From contig JBBRUX010000038.1 in NCBI GenBank assembly GCA_038247415.1, positions 1 to 38,803 on the forward strand: DNA of 38,803 bases, read 5' to 3'. Both the position numbers and the translations under genes were made by a program. Under the pieces are notes generated by a model. That model did not search any database, had not been told where the DNA came from, and saw nothing but the letters and a program-made list of their open reading frames with translations. How positions within the stretch are numbered: position 1 is the first letter of the stretch; the number at the start of each line of letters is the position of its first letter. This DNA is from Chitinivibrionales bacterium. GTDB lineage: Bacteria > Fibrobacterota > Chitinivibrionia > Chitinivibrionales > WJKA01. Of this stretch, positions 1 to 9,510 are shown in pieces.

Positions 1-582
1 ATGCCTTACGGAAATAGCATTTCACTGCTCAATGGGAATACATTAGAACTTCACTATTGGTTTGGTGACGAATCGCATAATATCGACGCAGTGGTACAAA
101 ACAAATGTGAATGCGAATTCTTATGTGTCTTAAGAGAAATTGCATCTACCTTCAATGCTGAAATTCTTATTGAAACCGAGCCATTTGCTGACGGTGGCCT
201 CCGTAGATGGTTTAAAGTAATTACCAAAGAAGAAAATAAAAAAGGTGCGATTACGGCAGTAATTATCACAACTTTATTGACAGGGATATTCGTTACCCCG
301 CTGACGACAGCTGTAAGTACAGCTACCGGCAAGATTATCGAAAGCATTTTCGAGGACTAAGAACTTAAAAAATTGGAAAAAGAAAAACTGAAACTTTAAA
401 TTGACAAACTTAAACAAGAAATACAAAACAAGAATCAGATACTAAACCAAAGCAATGTGATAAAAAAGAGAAAATCCAATTTTTATGAAATATTGGATAA
501 ATACCCAAAGGTTAACAGGGTATCATTTGTTGTTGCAAACCCAGAAAAAACGCATTTGATTGCCGAACAAAGTGTTTACCCT
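1..582 (+). pseudogene. Hypothetical protein remnant with two in-frame TAA stops (358-360, 397-399), fused in frame to an HsdR C-terminus
   Basis: Frame 1 reads ...ESIFED*ELKKLEKEKLKL*IDKLKQEIQNKNQILNQSNVIKKRKSNFYE..., coherent helical sequence through both stops and into ORF 457-1428. Confidence 0.7.
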
Positions 583-1428
583 AAAGATTTTGAAACCCGA
601 TTTATGGGCTTGGTCAAACGCCTTAAAGCAGCGTATGATATTTGCGCCGGTAGTGAGAAACTGACACAAACCGAAAGAGATTTTACGCATTTTTATTTAG
701 CAGTCCGCTCCATCGTCTTCAAACTCACAAAAGGCAATGCCCCCGACACCGCCCAGATGAATGCTCGTGTTCGGGAAATGATAAAGGATGCTTTGCAGAG
801 TGATGGTGTGCAAGAAATTTTCAAATTAGGAAATGAACAAGGAACTGAACAAGATCTGTTTGATGAAGATTACTTGGCAAAGATTGACAAAATAAAGTTA
901 CCAAACACTAAAATAAAACTGCTTCAACAGTTACTGGCCAAAGTCATCGGAAAGATGAAAAAGGTCAATAGAGTCAAGGGAATTGACTTCACTAAAAAGA
1001 TACAAGCACTTGTCGAGCGTTACAACGAACGGGACGAAAACGATATTTTGAAAAGTGAAGTGTACGAGGAAATGGCCGAGCAATTAACCGAACTAATTTG
1101 GGAAGTACACAAAGAATTTTCTGCAGGTGACGCATTAGGAATTGACTTTGAAGAAAAAGCCTTTTACGATATTCTGAAAGAGCTTTGCATAAAATACGAC
1201 TTTGCCTATCCCGAAGATAAATTGATTGAATTAGCAAAAGCCGTAAAAGAACTTGTTGAGGGACAAGCAAAATTCCCTGACTGGAACAAACGCGATGACA
1301 TAAAATCAGCATTAAAAGTTGGTTTGATTTTATTGTTAGATGAATTCGGTTATCCGCCAGTTGAGCGAGACGAAGTGTATGTAGAAATATTCGAACAGGC
1401 AGAAAACTTTAAGAAGAACCAGACATAA
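583..1428 (+). pseudogene. hsdR: C-terminal fragment of type I restriction enzyme R subunit (DUF3387-like)
   Basis: ETRFMGLVKRLKAAYDIC...GIDFEEKAFYDIL...DWNKRDDIKSALKVGLILLLDEFGYPP...IFEQAENFKK resembles the HsdR C-terminus; nuclease and helicase motifs are absent. Confidence 0.85.
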
Positions 1429-1456
1429 AAGACAGAAGACAAAAGACAAAAGGCAA
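1429..1456 (+). repeat. Tandem heptamer repeat, 4 copies of AAGACAR-like unit
   Basis: aagacag aagacaa aagacaa aaggcaa directly after the hsdR stop. Confidence 0.6.
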
Positions 1457-1520
1457 TTAAAGAATGCGCCGCAGAAAAAGTAAGAGAACGGGTTGAAAGA
1501 CAAAGAAGAAAAGACAAAGC

Positions 1521-1640
1521 GCCGCCCCAAATTGCCGGTTTGATGCCTCCGTCGGTGTCCACTCAGTCGCAAAGCCTCCTTCGGGCACCGTCATGTCGCC
1601 AATGCGGCAACTTCGGCAGTGCGTGAAACGTTGGCGGAAA
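1521..1640 (+). repeat. Degenerate attC-like imperfect palindrome
   Basis: 3' end CAACTTCGGCAGT...AAACGTTGGCGG pairs imperfectly with 5' CCGCCCCAAATTGCCGGTTTG. Confidence 0.35.
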
Positions 1641-1654
1641 TACTACCCGTTTGA

Positions 1655-2323
1655 ATACAAGAAGAAAAGAGTGGGGCGGGAACAGTAAATGATGCGGATG
1701 GCAATGTTTACAATACCGTTAAAATAGGGAATCAAGTTTGGACTGTGGAGAATTTACGAACTATAACCTATAACGATGGCACGCAGATACCTCGCGTAAC
1801 AGATACTACCGAATGGGAACTTCTCACTACGCCTGGCTATTGTTTTTATGGAAACACCTCCAATACTAAAACTATTAAAAAGTACGGAGCGCTATATAAT
1901 TGGTATACTGTGGATACCAGAAAGCTTGCCCCAAAAGGCTGGCACGTACCGAGTGACGACGATTGGAAAATAGTGGAAAACTACCTATCCGGCAATGGTT
2001 ATACTTGGGATGGGCCAACGGCAGAAAACAAAATAGCAAAAGCCATGGCGGCGAAGACGGATTGGAAAAGAAGTCCGAAAACTGGAGCTATCGGCAATGA
2101 TTTAACAAAGAACAACAAGAGTGGTTTTTCGGCCCTTGGGGGCGGTTATCGTAGCGGCCATGGGGCTTTCTACGACGTTGGCAGCAGCGTTTACTGGTGG
2201 AGCGCTACGGCCATCGATGCGTCACACGCGTACAGCCGTTACCTCCTCTACGACTACGACACCCTTACCAGGTATAGCTACTACAAGAGTTGCGGTTTCT
2301 CGGTGAGGTTGGTTAGGGATTGA
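1655..2323 (+). CDS. Fibrobacter succinogenes major paralogous (FISUMP / Fib_succ_major) domain protein, 5'-truncated; likely DGR target gene
   Basis: GTVNDADGNVYNTVKIGNQVWTVENLR...YGALYNWY...APKGWHVPS...SGFSAL...YWWSAT...GFSVRLVRD. The domain begins upstream of the track's GTG at 1745 and runs back to TGA 1652-1654 with no ATG or signal peptide. Confidence 0.85.
   Translation: MQEEKSGAGTVNDADGNVYNTVKIGNQVWTVENLRTITYNDGTQIPRVTDTTEWELLTTPGYCFYGNTSNTKTIKKYGALYNWYTVDTRKLAPKGWHVPSDDDWKIVENYLSGNGYTWDGPTAENKIAKAMAAKTDWKRSPKTGAIGNDLTKNNKSGFSALGGGYRSGHGAFYDVGSSVYWWSATAIDASHAYSRYLLYDYDTLTRYSYYKSCGFSVRLVRD
2141..2323 (+). other. Putative DGR variable region (VR)
   Basis: Of 53 codons at 2141-2299, 30 end in C, 14 in T, 8 in G and 1 in A (many TAC/GAC/AGC/ACC/CTC/CAC), unlike the A-rich 5' part of the gene; expected from mutagenised AAC/AAT template codons. 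Confidence 0.7.
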
Positions 2324-2470
2324 CTATTCGCCTATTTGTCACTTCGTTCTGAGCCGTATGGAATTCCGACCTTCAGTCGAAACTATTGTGTCTTTTGCGG
2401 GTTGACTATTTTCTTTAGTCTTCCCGCGGCTTGCATTGAGGCTCTCGAAATGAGCGGGTCGCGATATTTT
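2321..2470 (+). promoter_or_regulatory. Putative DGR IMH / hairpin region downstream of the VR
   Basis: TGACTATT at 2321 and again at 2403; GC-rich stem CGCGGCTTGC (2425-2434) / GCGGGTCGCG (2454-2463) with G-T wobbles. Confidence 0.45.
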
Positions 2471-2476
2471 TAAACT

Positions 2477-2611
2477 ATGAGTACCTACAACGACCTTCCG
2501 GTTTACAAAGAGACATACGATTTGTTGCTTGAGATGTTTCAATTCACCAAAGATTTCAGTAAGGAGTACAAATACACCATCGGCGAAAGCCTGAAAAAAG
2601 AGACCATCGAA
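2477..2611 (+). pseudogene. avd: N-terminal fragment of Avd-like four-helix-bundle protein
   Basis: YNDLPVYKETYDLLLEMFQFTKDFSKEYKYTIGESLKKETIE matches the LPVY...F.KEYKYTIG pattern of Avd/IVP proteins; resemblance stops after about 45 aa. Confidence 0.7.
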
Positions 2612-2692
2612 GTGAAAACTGTTTCCAATTTGGAAATAGTTCAAAACGAAGGCGGCCGAGAGGTTAAGCGGAATGTTGAATTCTACAATCTC
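2612..2692 (+). pseudogene. Internal fragment of RhuM-family protein, fused in frame to the Avd fragment
   Basis: TVSNLEIVQNEGGREVKRNVEFYNL resembles the RhuM motif TVQ.EG.R.V.R.V.FYNL; the following DAIISVGYRV-type segment is missing. Confidence 0.7.
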
Positions 2693-2728
2693 TACCGTGA
2701 AATGCTGTTGAGCTTTCCCCGAACCACC

Positions 2729-2752
2729 GTAAGGGCAGACCTGCGTGTCTGC
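2729..2752 (+). repeat. REP-like hairpin next to a RAYT gene
   Basis: GTAAGGGCAGACCTGCGTGTCTGC: GTAG-like foot plus GCAGAC/GTCTGC stem, 16 nt before the RAYT ATG. Confidence 0.7.
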
Positions 2753-2768
2753 GTAAGTGACGGTTTAT

Positions 2769-3047
2769 ATGTTATTTAACCCTCATATCCATCACCGCCA
2801 TTCTATCCGATTAAAAGGATACGATTATTCACAAGCGGGTTTGTACTTTACTACCATCTGCGTGCAAAATCGGGAATGTTTATTTGGGGATATCGCCGAC
2901 AAAAACATGCGGTTAAATGATGCCGGACAAATGATTGTTCGATGGTATCGGGAATTGGAACACAAATTTCCCGATATTCAATGCGATGATTTTATATGCA
3001 TGCCCAACCCGTTAAATCCTAATTCATTGTCCGCAATAATCCGTTAG
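2769..3047 (+). pseudogene. REP-associated tyrosine transposase (RAYT / Y1_Tnp), truncated
   Basis: HHRHSIRLKGYDYSQAGLYFTTICVQNRECLFG...FICMPN; resemblance ends at 3008, just before the expected HxH motif. Confidence 0.85.
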
Positions 3048-3072
3048 TTTAAAGGCCGCACATCATTTGAAA

Positions 3073-3237
3073 TTAATAAAAAAAGTAATCCACCAAATCT
3101 TTAATGGTTTTTATTACTAATGTGCTGCCATTTCCAGCCTTCAAAGCTTTTTGCAGGCTTTTCAGTATAGAAAAAAGCTTCTGATGTTGTTCATCAATAC
3201 GCGGAATTCCGGTCGCATATGTTGAATTCCATTCCAT
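3073..3237 (-). pseudogene. Truncated bacteriohemerythrin
   Basis: RBS AAGGAG then MEWNSTYATGIPRIDEQHQKLF...LVDY; stops before the HFxxEE iron ligands. Confidence 0.8.
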
Positions 3238-3354
3238 CTTTTTCTCCTTGCATGGCGCTGATTTTTCTAGAATGAAGTATACCATGCTGCAATGGTTACT
3301 TCAAGCAATCCTAGGTATTGAGTGTGCCTTTTTTTTGAATACTGGCATGATTTA

Positions 3355-3810
3355 CTAGCAAGGAGAGGAGACTTGCACAGCTCGATGATAGAGCACTATC
3401 GATCCTGCAACGGCAACGTTCATGGAGTCTGTTCCGCGCAATTTGATAAGCGAATGGCATCGTTGTAGTGCATCCTGTGTAAGCCCATGGTCTTCGGCAC
3501 CTAAAAGATACACAGCTCTTTTGGGGTGCTTAAATGCTTCTAAGGGTATGGCAGTTTCTGTGAGTTCAACACCTACGAGCGGGCAATTGTACGGAAGATT
3601 ATTATAAAAATCATCGAATCCATCGTACGAATAGGTAGGAATGGAGCTCCACGAAATTGCGGTGTCGGAAGTTTGGCGTTTAAAGCGTTGGCCAATGAGA
3701 AAAAGAAAGCTCGCTCCTAAAATATGGGCAGTTCTAAACAAGGTTCCAAAATTAGATTCTCGTTTGCAGCATTGGATACCGATGCCAAAGTAGCCGAGTG
3801 AGTTTTCGAT
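3355..3810 (-). CDS. TrmH/SpoU family RNA methyltransferase; apparent ATC start at 3810
   Basis: GYFGIGI...NFGTLFRTAH...HPKRAVYLLGAEDHGL...SMNVAVAGSIVLY SPOUT motifs; conserved N-terminus lies upstream of the track's TTG at 3741. Confidence 0.88.
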   Translation of the reverse strand: MENSLGYFGIGIQCCKRESNFGTLFRTAHILGASFLFLIGQRFKRQTSDTAISWSSIPTYSYDGFDDFYNNLPYNCPLVGVELTETAIPLEAFKHPKRAVYLLGAEDHGLTQDALQRCHSLIKLRGTDSMNVAVAGSIVLYHRAVQVSSPC

Positions 3811-4019
3811 GAGAGTATCCTTTGCTGTAGCAATCGATACAGTTTATGAAGCTGGTTTGATTATAGAAAATAATCAATGTTTAGCCATAGTTAGGTTTAC
3901 CAGGGTAGTGATCCTCAATTTTGCCTATCATTTCAAACTATTAAAGGCATATCCGTGACCTATTTTAAAAATTAAGATTTTTGGTATCTTTTTATATTTT
4001 TTTCATGCAAAGCGAATGT

Positions 4020-6578
4020 ATGGATTATCCTTTATTTGATCTGATTGCAAAAACAGCGATAACCGACAACGATACCCTTTTAGGGTTGTTTTTAGAGTAT
4101 ATCGATACTAAAAAGATAACACTCTATCCTGCACAAGAAACAGCAATGTTAGAATTGTTTGAAGAAAAAAATGTGATTCTTAATACCCCTACGGGATCTG
4201 GTAAATCACTTGTGGCATTGGCAGCGCATTTTAAAGCTTTGGCGCAAGGTAAAAAGTCGGTGTACACCTGTCCAATTAAAGCTCTTGTCAATGAAAAGTG
4301 GATGTCTCTGTGCAAGGAATTTGGGCCAGAAAATGTCGGCTTAGCTACCGGCGACGCATCGGTCAATCGAGATGCCCCACTACTCTGTTGTACGGCCGAA
4401 ATTTTATCCAATATCGCACTGCGTGAGGGCGGATGGGCGAATGTGCAAGATGTAGTTATGGATGAATTTCATTATTATGCCGATCGGGATAGAGGATTTG
4501 CATGGCAAGTCCCTTTGTTAACCATGCCACAAGCGCGCTTTTTGCTGATGTCTGCAACGCTTGGTGAAACAACCTTTTTTGAAAAGGAATTGACACGCGT
4601 TAATAATCGTTCCTCAATAACGGTGAGATCGACCGATCGACCTGTTCCATTAGCCTTTGGGTATGTAGAAACGCCGCTCTCCGAAACCGTAGAAACGCTT
4701 ATTGCTGAGAATAAAGCGCCCGTGTATGTGGTTCATTTTACGCAGCTGGAGGCTTCGCAAAATGCACAAAGCTTTACTAGTGCAAATATTTGCACCCGCG
4801 AAGAAAAAGAGGCAATTGCAAAGGTTCTTATAGATTTTAAATTTAATAGTCCTCATGGGCCAGATATCAAGCGCTGGATACGGCAGGGGATTGGTATTCA
4901 TCATGCAGGATTGTTGCCTAAATATCGAATATTAGTGGAGCGGTTGGCACAGCAGGGTCTTTTAAAGGTCATTTGTGGTACCGATACCCTTGGAGTTGGG
5001 ATTAATGTTCCTATTCGTACAGTTCTCTTTACACAGCTGTGCAAATATGATGGGCAAAAAACAGGTATTTTAAGCGCTCGGGATTTTCATCAGATAAGCG
5101 GTAGGGCAGGGCGTAAGGGTTTTGATGATAAAGGTTTTGTTGTTGCCCAAGCACCCGAATATGTTATTGATAACAAAGCACTTACGCTTAAGCAACAAGG
5201 TGGAAAAAAAGTTGTAAAGCGTAAACCACCAGAGAGAAACTTTGTAAATTGGGATGCCGATACCTTTGGTAAGCTTTGTGTGGCCACTCCCGAAAGGCTT
5301 ATTTCTCGATTTAGTGTAACGCATGCTATGATTCTCAATGTGCTTAGCCGCAAAGATAACGGATGCAGAGCCATGAAAGAATTAATTGCTTCTTGTCATG
5401 AGTCGGTAAAAAGCAAGCGGCTTCTTCGACAGAGGGCATGGACGCTCTTTCGATCGCTTATCGAAAGGGGAATTGTTGAATTCACCTCTCCCACACCGCA
5501 AGGCTCAAATATCCGCGTAAATCTCGATTTACAAGAAGACTTCTCTATGGATCAAGCTTTATCGCTGTTTCTTTTGGATGCGATGCCATTGCTCGATTTA
5601 ACATCCGATGAGTATCCGCTTGAGGTACTAACTCTTGTCGAATCGATTATAGAGGATCCTCTGGTTATTCTTCGAAAACAATTAGACCGGCTTAAAACAA
5701 AAAAGATGATAGAGATGAAAATGGATGGGGTTCCCTACGAGGAGCGACTCGAAGAACTTGATAAGCTCGAATATCCTAAGCCTAATAGAGAATGGCTGTA
5801 TTCGAATTTTAATGACTTTTCGGACAAACATCCTTGGATTGGTCAGGAAAATATCAAGCCCAAGTCTATCTTTCGAGAAATGTACGAGACGTTCAGCTCT
5901 TTTAGTGATTATATTCGCGATTACGATTTGGAGCGAGCAGAAGGGCTTTTGCTTCGACATTTGAATAGTGTTTACAAAGTATTGTCCCAAACAGTGCCCG
6001 ATTCGGCAAAAACAGAGCCCGTACGCGAGATGGAAGTGTATCTTGGTGCCATGATTCTCCAGATAGATTCGAGCATACTTGACGAGTGGAACAAAATGCA
6101 GAATCCATCCTACCAGAGCGCAGAATCGAATGCTCCTGTGCAGCCTGGTGCAGAGGATATTACACGAAATGTAAAGGCGTTTACTGCACTTATTCGTACT
6201 CGTTTATTTGCATTTTTACAGGAGATCCAAAAGAAACGCTACGATTCCGCTTTGGGTGGGCTTATGGTTTCGGCGAGTGCCCAATCTGAATACGGAGCAA
6301 CCGGTTCAGAATCCGTCTTGACATCAATTGATCTTTTAGCGATCTTTGATGAATTTGCGCTTGAACACGGATCGTTTAGGCTCGATCCAGAGGCCCGCAA
6401 TAGTAAACATACGTACGTTGAAATTGCAGAAAACAAGCAATCGTGGCGCATTCAACAGATGCTTATCGATGCATCTGAACTCAACGATTGGGTTGTAGAA
6501 TTTAGTATCGATATTGTCAAATCTCGTCTTTGTGCAGAACCTGTTATAAAGCTTGTTAGGATTGGTCCTGTTGACTAG
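4020..6578 (+). CDS. Ski2-like DEAD/DEAH-box helicase (DUF3516 type)
   Basis: [35 protein letters not shown] and QISGRAGR helicase motifs. Confidence 0.92.
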   Translation: MDYPLFDLIAKTAITDNDTLLGLFLEYIDTKKITLYPAQETAMLELFEEKNVILNTPTGSGKSLVALAAHFKALAQGKKSVYTCPIKALVNEKWMSLCKEFGPENVGLATGDASVNRDAPLLCCTAEILSNIALREGGWANVQDVVMDEFHYYADRDRGFAWQVPLLTMPQARFLLMSATLGETTFFEKELTRVNNRSSITVRSTDRPVPLAFGYVETPLSETVETLIAENKAPVYVVHFTQLEASQNAQSFTSANICTREEKEAIAKVLIDFKFNSPHGPDIKRWIRQGIGIHHAGLLPKYRILVERLAQQGLLKVICGTDTLGVGINVPIRTVLFTQLCKYDGQKTGILSARDFHQISGRAGRKGFDDKGFVVAQAPEYVIDNKALTLKQQGGKKVVKRKPPERNFVNWDADTFGKLCVATPERLISRFSVTHAMILNVLSRKDNGCRAMKELIASCHESVKSKRLLRQRAWTLFRSLIERGIVEFTSPTPQGSNIRVNLDLQEDFSMDQALSLFLLDAMPLLDLTSDEYPLEVLTLVESIIEDPLVILRKQLDRLKTKKMIEMKMDGVPYEERLEELDKLEYPKPNREWLYSNFNDFSDKHPWIGQENIKPKSIFREMYETFSSFSDYIRDYDLERAEGLLLRHLNSVYKVLSQTVPDSAKTEPVREMEVYLGAMILQIDSSILDEWNKMQNPSYQSAESNAPVQPGAEDITRNVKAFTALIRTRLFAFLQEIQKKRYDSALGGLMVSASAQSEYGATGSESVLTSIDLLAIFDEFALEHGSFRLDPEARNSKHTYVEIAENKQSWRIQQMLIDASELNDWVVEFSIDIVKSRLCAEPVIKLVRIGPVD

Positions 6579-6605
6579 TATTGAATATCGTTGAAAAGAG
6601 TAGCT

Positions 6606-6974
6606 TCAACCACCAAGGCACTCCCTGATAGCAGCTAAAAACCGTTTTGAGTCGAGTGGCTTGGTAAAAGTATAGTCGGCTCCCATTTTTTGTGCAAGCA
6701 TAAGGTAGTCATCGGGATGCATTGCGCCACCTCCTGAGATGGCAATAAGCGGAATTTTTTTTGTCGTGGAACGTATTGCCCGAATTGTCTCCAATCCTTC
6801 TTGCTCTGGCATGATAATATCGGTTATAATAAGGTCGAACGATCCTGTTTCGAGTAGCTGCTGCCCAATTTTTCCATTGGTTGCACAGGTCGCCTCATGT
6901 CCAGTAAGCGTTACCATTTGTTCCATCATTTCGCACAGCAATACGTCGTCATCTATTATAAGTATTTTAGCCAT
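6606..6974 (-). CDS. Single-domain response regulator receiver
   Basis: ILIIDDD, DLIITDIIMP, ISGG, KP motifs. Confidence 0.92.
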   Translation of the reverse strand: MAKILIIDDDVLLCEMMEQMVTLTGHEATCATNGKIGQQLLETGSFDLIITDIIMPEQEGLETIRAIRSTTKKIPLIAISGGGAMHPDDYLMLAQKMGADYTFTKPLDSKRFLAAIRECLGG

Positions 6975-9510
6975 GATGTGTATCCTTACGCAGGTCTAAA
7001 ATTTCACGGATCGATTTGGCCAGAGTGTTTTTAGTTATGGGTTTCATGAGAAGCTTGTTAATTCCCATAAGAGCAATGCGCTCTGGATTAATTTCGGTGC
7101 TATAGCCAGTGCAGACAATAATAGGAATATCCGGATTCAGTTTTTTGATTTCCTTGGCGAGCTCTATGCCGGTTAATTCGGGCATGGTTTGATCGGTTAT
7201 GATTAAATCGCAGTGAGTATCCTCTTGTTTAAAATAATCCAGAGCAGTTCTACTGCTAGAGAAAGCATGCACCGTATATCCCAAGCTTGCAAGCATTTCA
7301 TGCGTTAGTTCGGAGAGGACTTTTTCATCGTCAACAATAATTAGTTCTTCGGTGCCTCCAACAGTGGGTGTATCGTGCGTGGTCGTTGTATCGCACTCAA
7401 TACTGGCCACTACAGGAAGGAATATCCGAAATGTTGTCCCCTTGTGGGGAACAGAATCGATTTGGATATCGCCACCGTGTGATTTGACGATGCCATGCAC
7501 CACAGAGAGGCCCATGCCAGTGCCTTCGCCAACTGGTTTTGTTGTAAAAAAAGGATTGAAAATTTTGGCCAACGTTGCGCTATCCATGCCACACCCTGTA
7601 TCGGAAACTTCTAGTATGTTGTATACACCGCTCGAAAGAAGTCCCGATCGTCCGTAGGTTGGGGTAGTAATTTCTCCAAGATTAAGCTTTATTGTCAAAA
7701 CACCTTTTTGTTGCATTGCATATACAGCATTTGTAGCTAAATTAAGAATTGTTTCATGGAGGGCATTTGCATCGCCTAAAATGGGGCTTATGTCGTCGTT
7801 TAGAGACGATTCGATACGAACCGAAGACGGGATTGAAGCCGAAAGTAATTCTAGAACTTCTACTACGAGTGGGCGAAGAGCAAGGGCTATTTTTTGTGGA
7901 TTACTTTGACGGCTAAACATGAGAATCTGATGCACTAGATTTTTTGCGCGCATTGACGCCTGGAAAATCTTTTGTAAGTTTTTGTGGAGGCGAGAATCGG
8001 TTTCTGCTATATCCAGCGACATATCTGTGTACCCTAGTATGCCCGCCAAAATGTTGTTGAAGTCGTGGGCAATACCCCCTGCAAGTTGACCGATTGCTTC
8101 CATCTTCTCTGATTGACGAAGGCGTATTTGAATGGCATACATTTCGGTAACATCGAGGCAGTGGCCGATATAGCCAAGAAAAGTTCCTTGGCTGTCGTAG
8201 CGAGGGGTTCCTTTGTCCTGAATCCACCGATATTCACCAAGAGCATTTTTGAGCCGATATTCCATGCTGAAATGCTCTCTTTTGTCAAAGTTTGCGCAGT
8301 AATGATCAAGACAGCGCTGCAGATCATTGGGGTGAATGCCTTGAACCCATCCATCGCCGAGTTCCTGCTCTAATGATTTTCCGGTAAACGAAAGCCATGG
8401 CGCATTGAAATACGTACATTTTTTAGAAGTGTCTGATGTCCAGATGAGCGCTTGACCAGTGTCTGCCAGTGTACGGTATTTCAGTTCGCTTTCGCGCAGC
8501 TTCGTTTCTGCCTGAATTCTTTCCGTCGTTTTCCATACTGCATCCATAAGTAGCGTGAGTTGTAGGGCATCCGAGTCGTCGTAATCGGTTTCTTTGTTTG
8601 CCACGCCAGCAACTGCAACAATCTTTTTTTCGAAAAAAACAGGTATCGTCATGAACCGACAAAGTGCAACATGGCCAGTAGGGTAACCTTTTTTTAAAGA
8701 ATGCGGGGCAGCAAAATTGTTGTCGACAATGGCTTTTCTTTGACGCACCGCTTCGCCCCATAATCCGGTGTTCTTGAGCTGGTAGAGCGTTTTTTGATCC
8801 TTGATTGCGCACTCATTCATGACGCCACGGGACCATGAATTAAGGGTAAATTCCTGTGTTTCTTCATCGTAAAAGTAAATATACCCAAAAACACTTTCGA
8901 GTAAAATCAATGCTTGATTGAGCGCATAATCTAAAAAATCTTGAAGGTTTTTTGCTTCGTTGTACTGCAGAATTTTGGTAAGGCTTTCGAGCCGTTCCTT
9001 ATTGCGAATTATATGTGCTTGATCTTTTATTCTTGCTTCGAGCTCTTCACATAATTCTTTAGTTCGCTCTTGTATAATATATTCAAGCCGTTCCCGTTCA
9101 TTAAACTGAAGCCGTTGGGATTGCTTGAGCTTTATCATGGCTTTCATTAGAGCTGCTAGTTCACATTCGTCGATAGGCTTGTTTAAAAAACCTTCGGCTC
9201 CAACTTCCAAGGCTCGAATGCGTTGATTTTTATCACTCTTGAGGGCGGTAACAAAAACAATGGGAATGTCGCGGTGTGCCGCGTCGTTTTTAAGAGCTTC
9301 ACATACCGCAAAACCGTCGAGGCCTGGCATAAGAATGTCTAAAAGAATCACATCGGGATCGGATATTCTTGCAAGTGAGAGTCCTTCTTCGCCTGATGTT
9401 GCTGTAAAGATAGTGCTTTTAGGAAACGCCTCGAGCAGAAGCGCTTTTATGGTTATTAAGTTATCTGCATTATCATCGATGGCTAAAAAGGTATAGATGT
9501 TAGAGATCAT
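6967..9510 (-). CDS. Hybrid histidine kinase (REC-GAF-PAS-HisKA/HATPase-REC)
   Basis: N-terminal receiver LLDILMP, GAF (RFMTIPV), PAS (WVQGIHPND...YRW), GIAHDFNN, FFTTKPVGEGTGMGL, C-terminal receiver; ATG 9510 overlaps the upstream stop. Confidence 0.92.
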   Translation of the reverse strand: MISNIYTFLAIDDNADNLITIKALLLEAFPKSTIFTATSGEEGLSLARISDPDVILLDILMPGLDGFAVCEALKNDAAHRDIPIVFVTALKSDKNQRIRALEVGAEGFLNKPIDECELAALMKAMIKLKQSQRLQFNERERLEYIIQERTKELCEELEARIKDQAHIIRNKERLESLTKILQYNEAKNLQDFLDYALNQALILLESVFGYIYFYDEETQEFTLNSWSRGVMNECAIKDQKTLYQLKNTGLWGEAVRQRKAIVDNNFAAPHSLKKGYPTGHVALCRFMTIPVFFEKKIVAVAGVANKETDYDDSDALQLTLLMDAVWKTTERIQAETKLRESELKYRTLADTGQALIWTSDTSKKCTYFNAPWLSFTGKSLEQELGDGWVQGIHPNDLQRCLDHYCANFDKREHFSMEYRLKNALGEYRWIQDKGTPRYDSQGTFLGYIGHCLDVTEMYAIQIRLRQSEKMEAIGQLAGGIAHDFNNILAGILGYTDMSLDIAETDSRLHKNLQKIFQASMRAKNLVHQILMFSRQSNPQKIALALRPLVVEVLELLSASIPSSVRIESSLNDDISPILGDANALHETILNLATNAVYAMQQKGVLTIKLNLGEITTPTYGRSGLLSSGVYNILEVSDTGCGMDSATLAKIFNPFFTTKPVGEGTGMGLSVVHGIVKSHGGDIQIDSVPHKGTTFRIFLPVVASIECDTTTTHDTPTVGGTEELIIVDDEKVLSELTHEMLASLGYTVHAFSSSRTALDYFKQEDTHCDLIITDQTMPELTGIELAKEIKKLNPDIPIIVCTGYSTEINPERIALMGINKLLMKPITKNTLAKSIREILDLRKDTHHG

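Noticed and set aside
358..399. Stop-codon reassignment explaining the in-frame TAA codons
   Set aside because: Many intact genes in the window end in TAA; nonsense mutations in a decayed region are simpler.
2477..2779. ORF as a genuine novel 100-aa protein
   Set aside because: It decomposes into an Avd fragment, a RhuM fragment and read-through across a REP.
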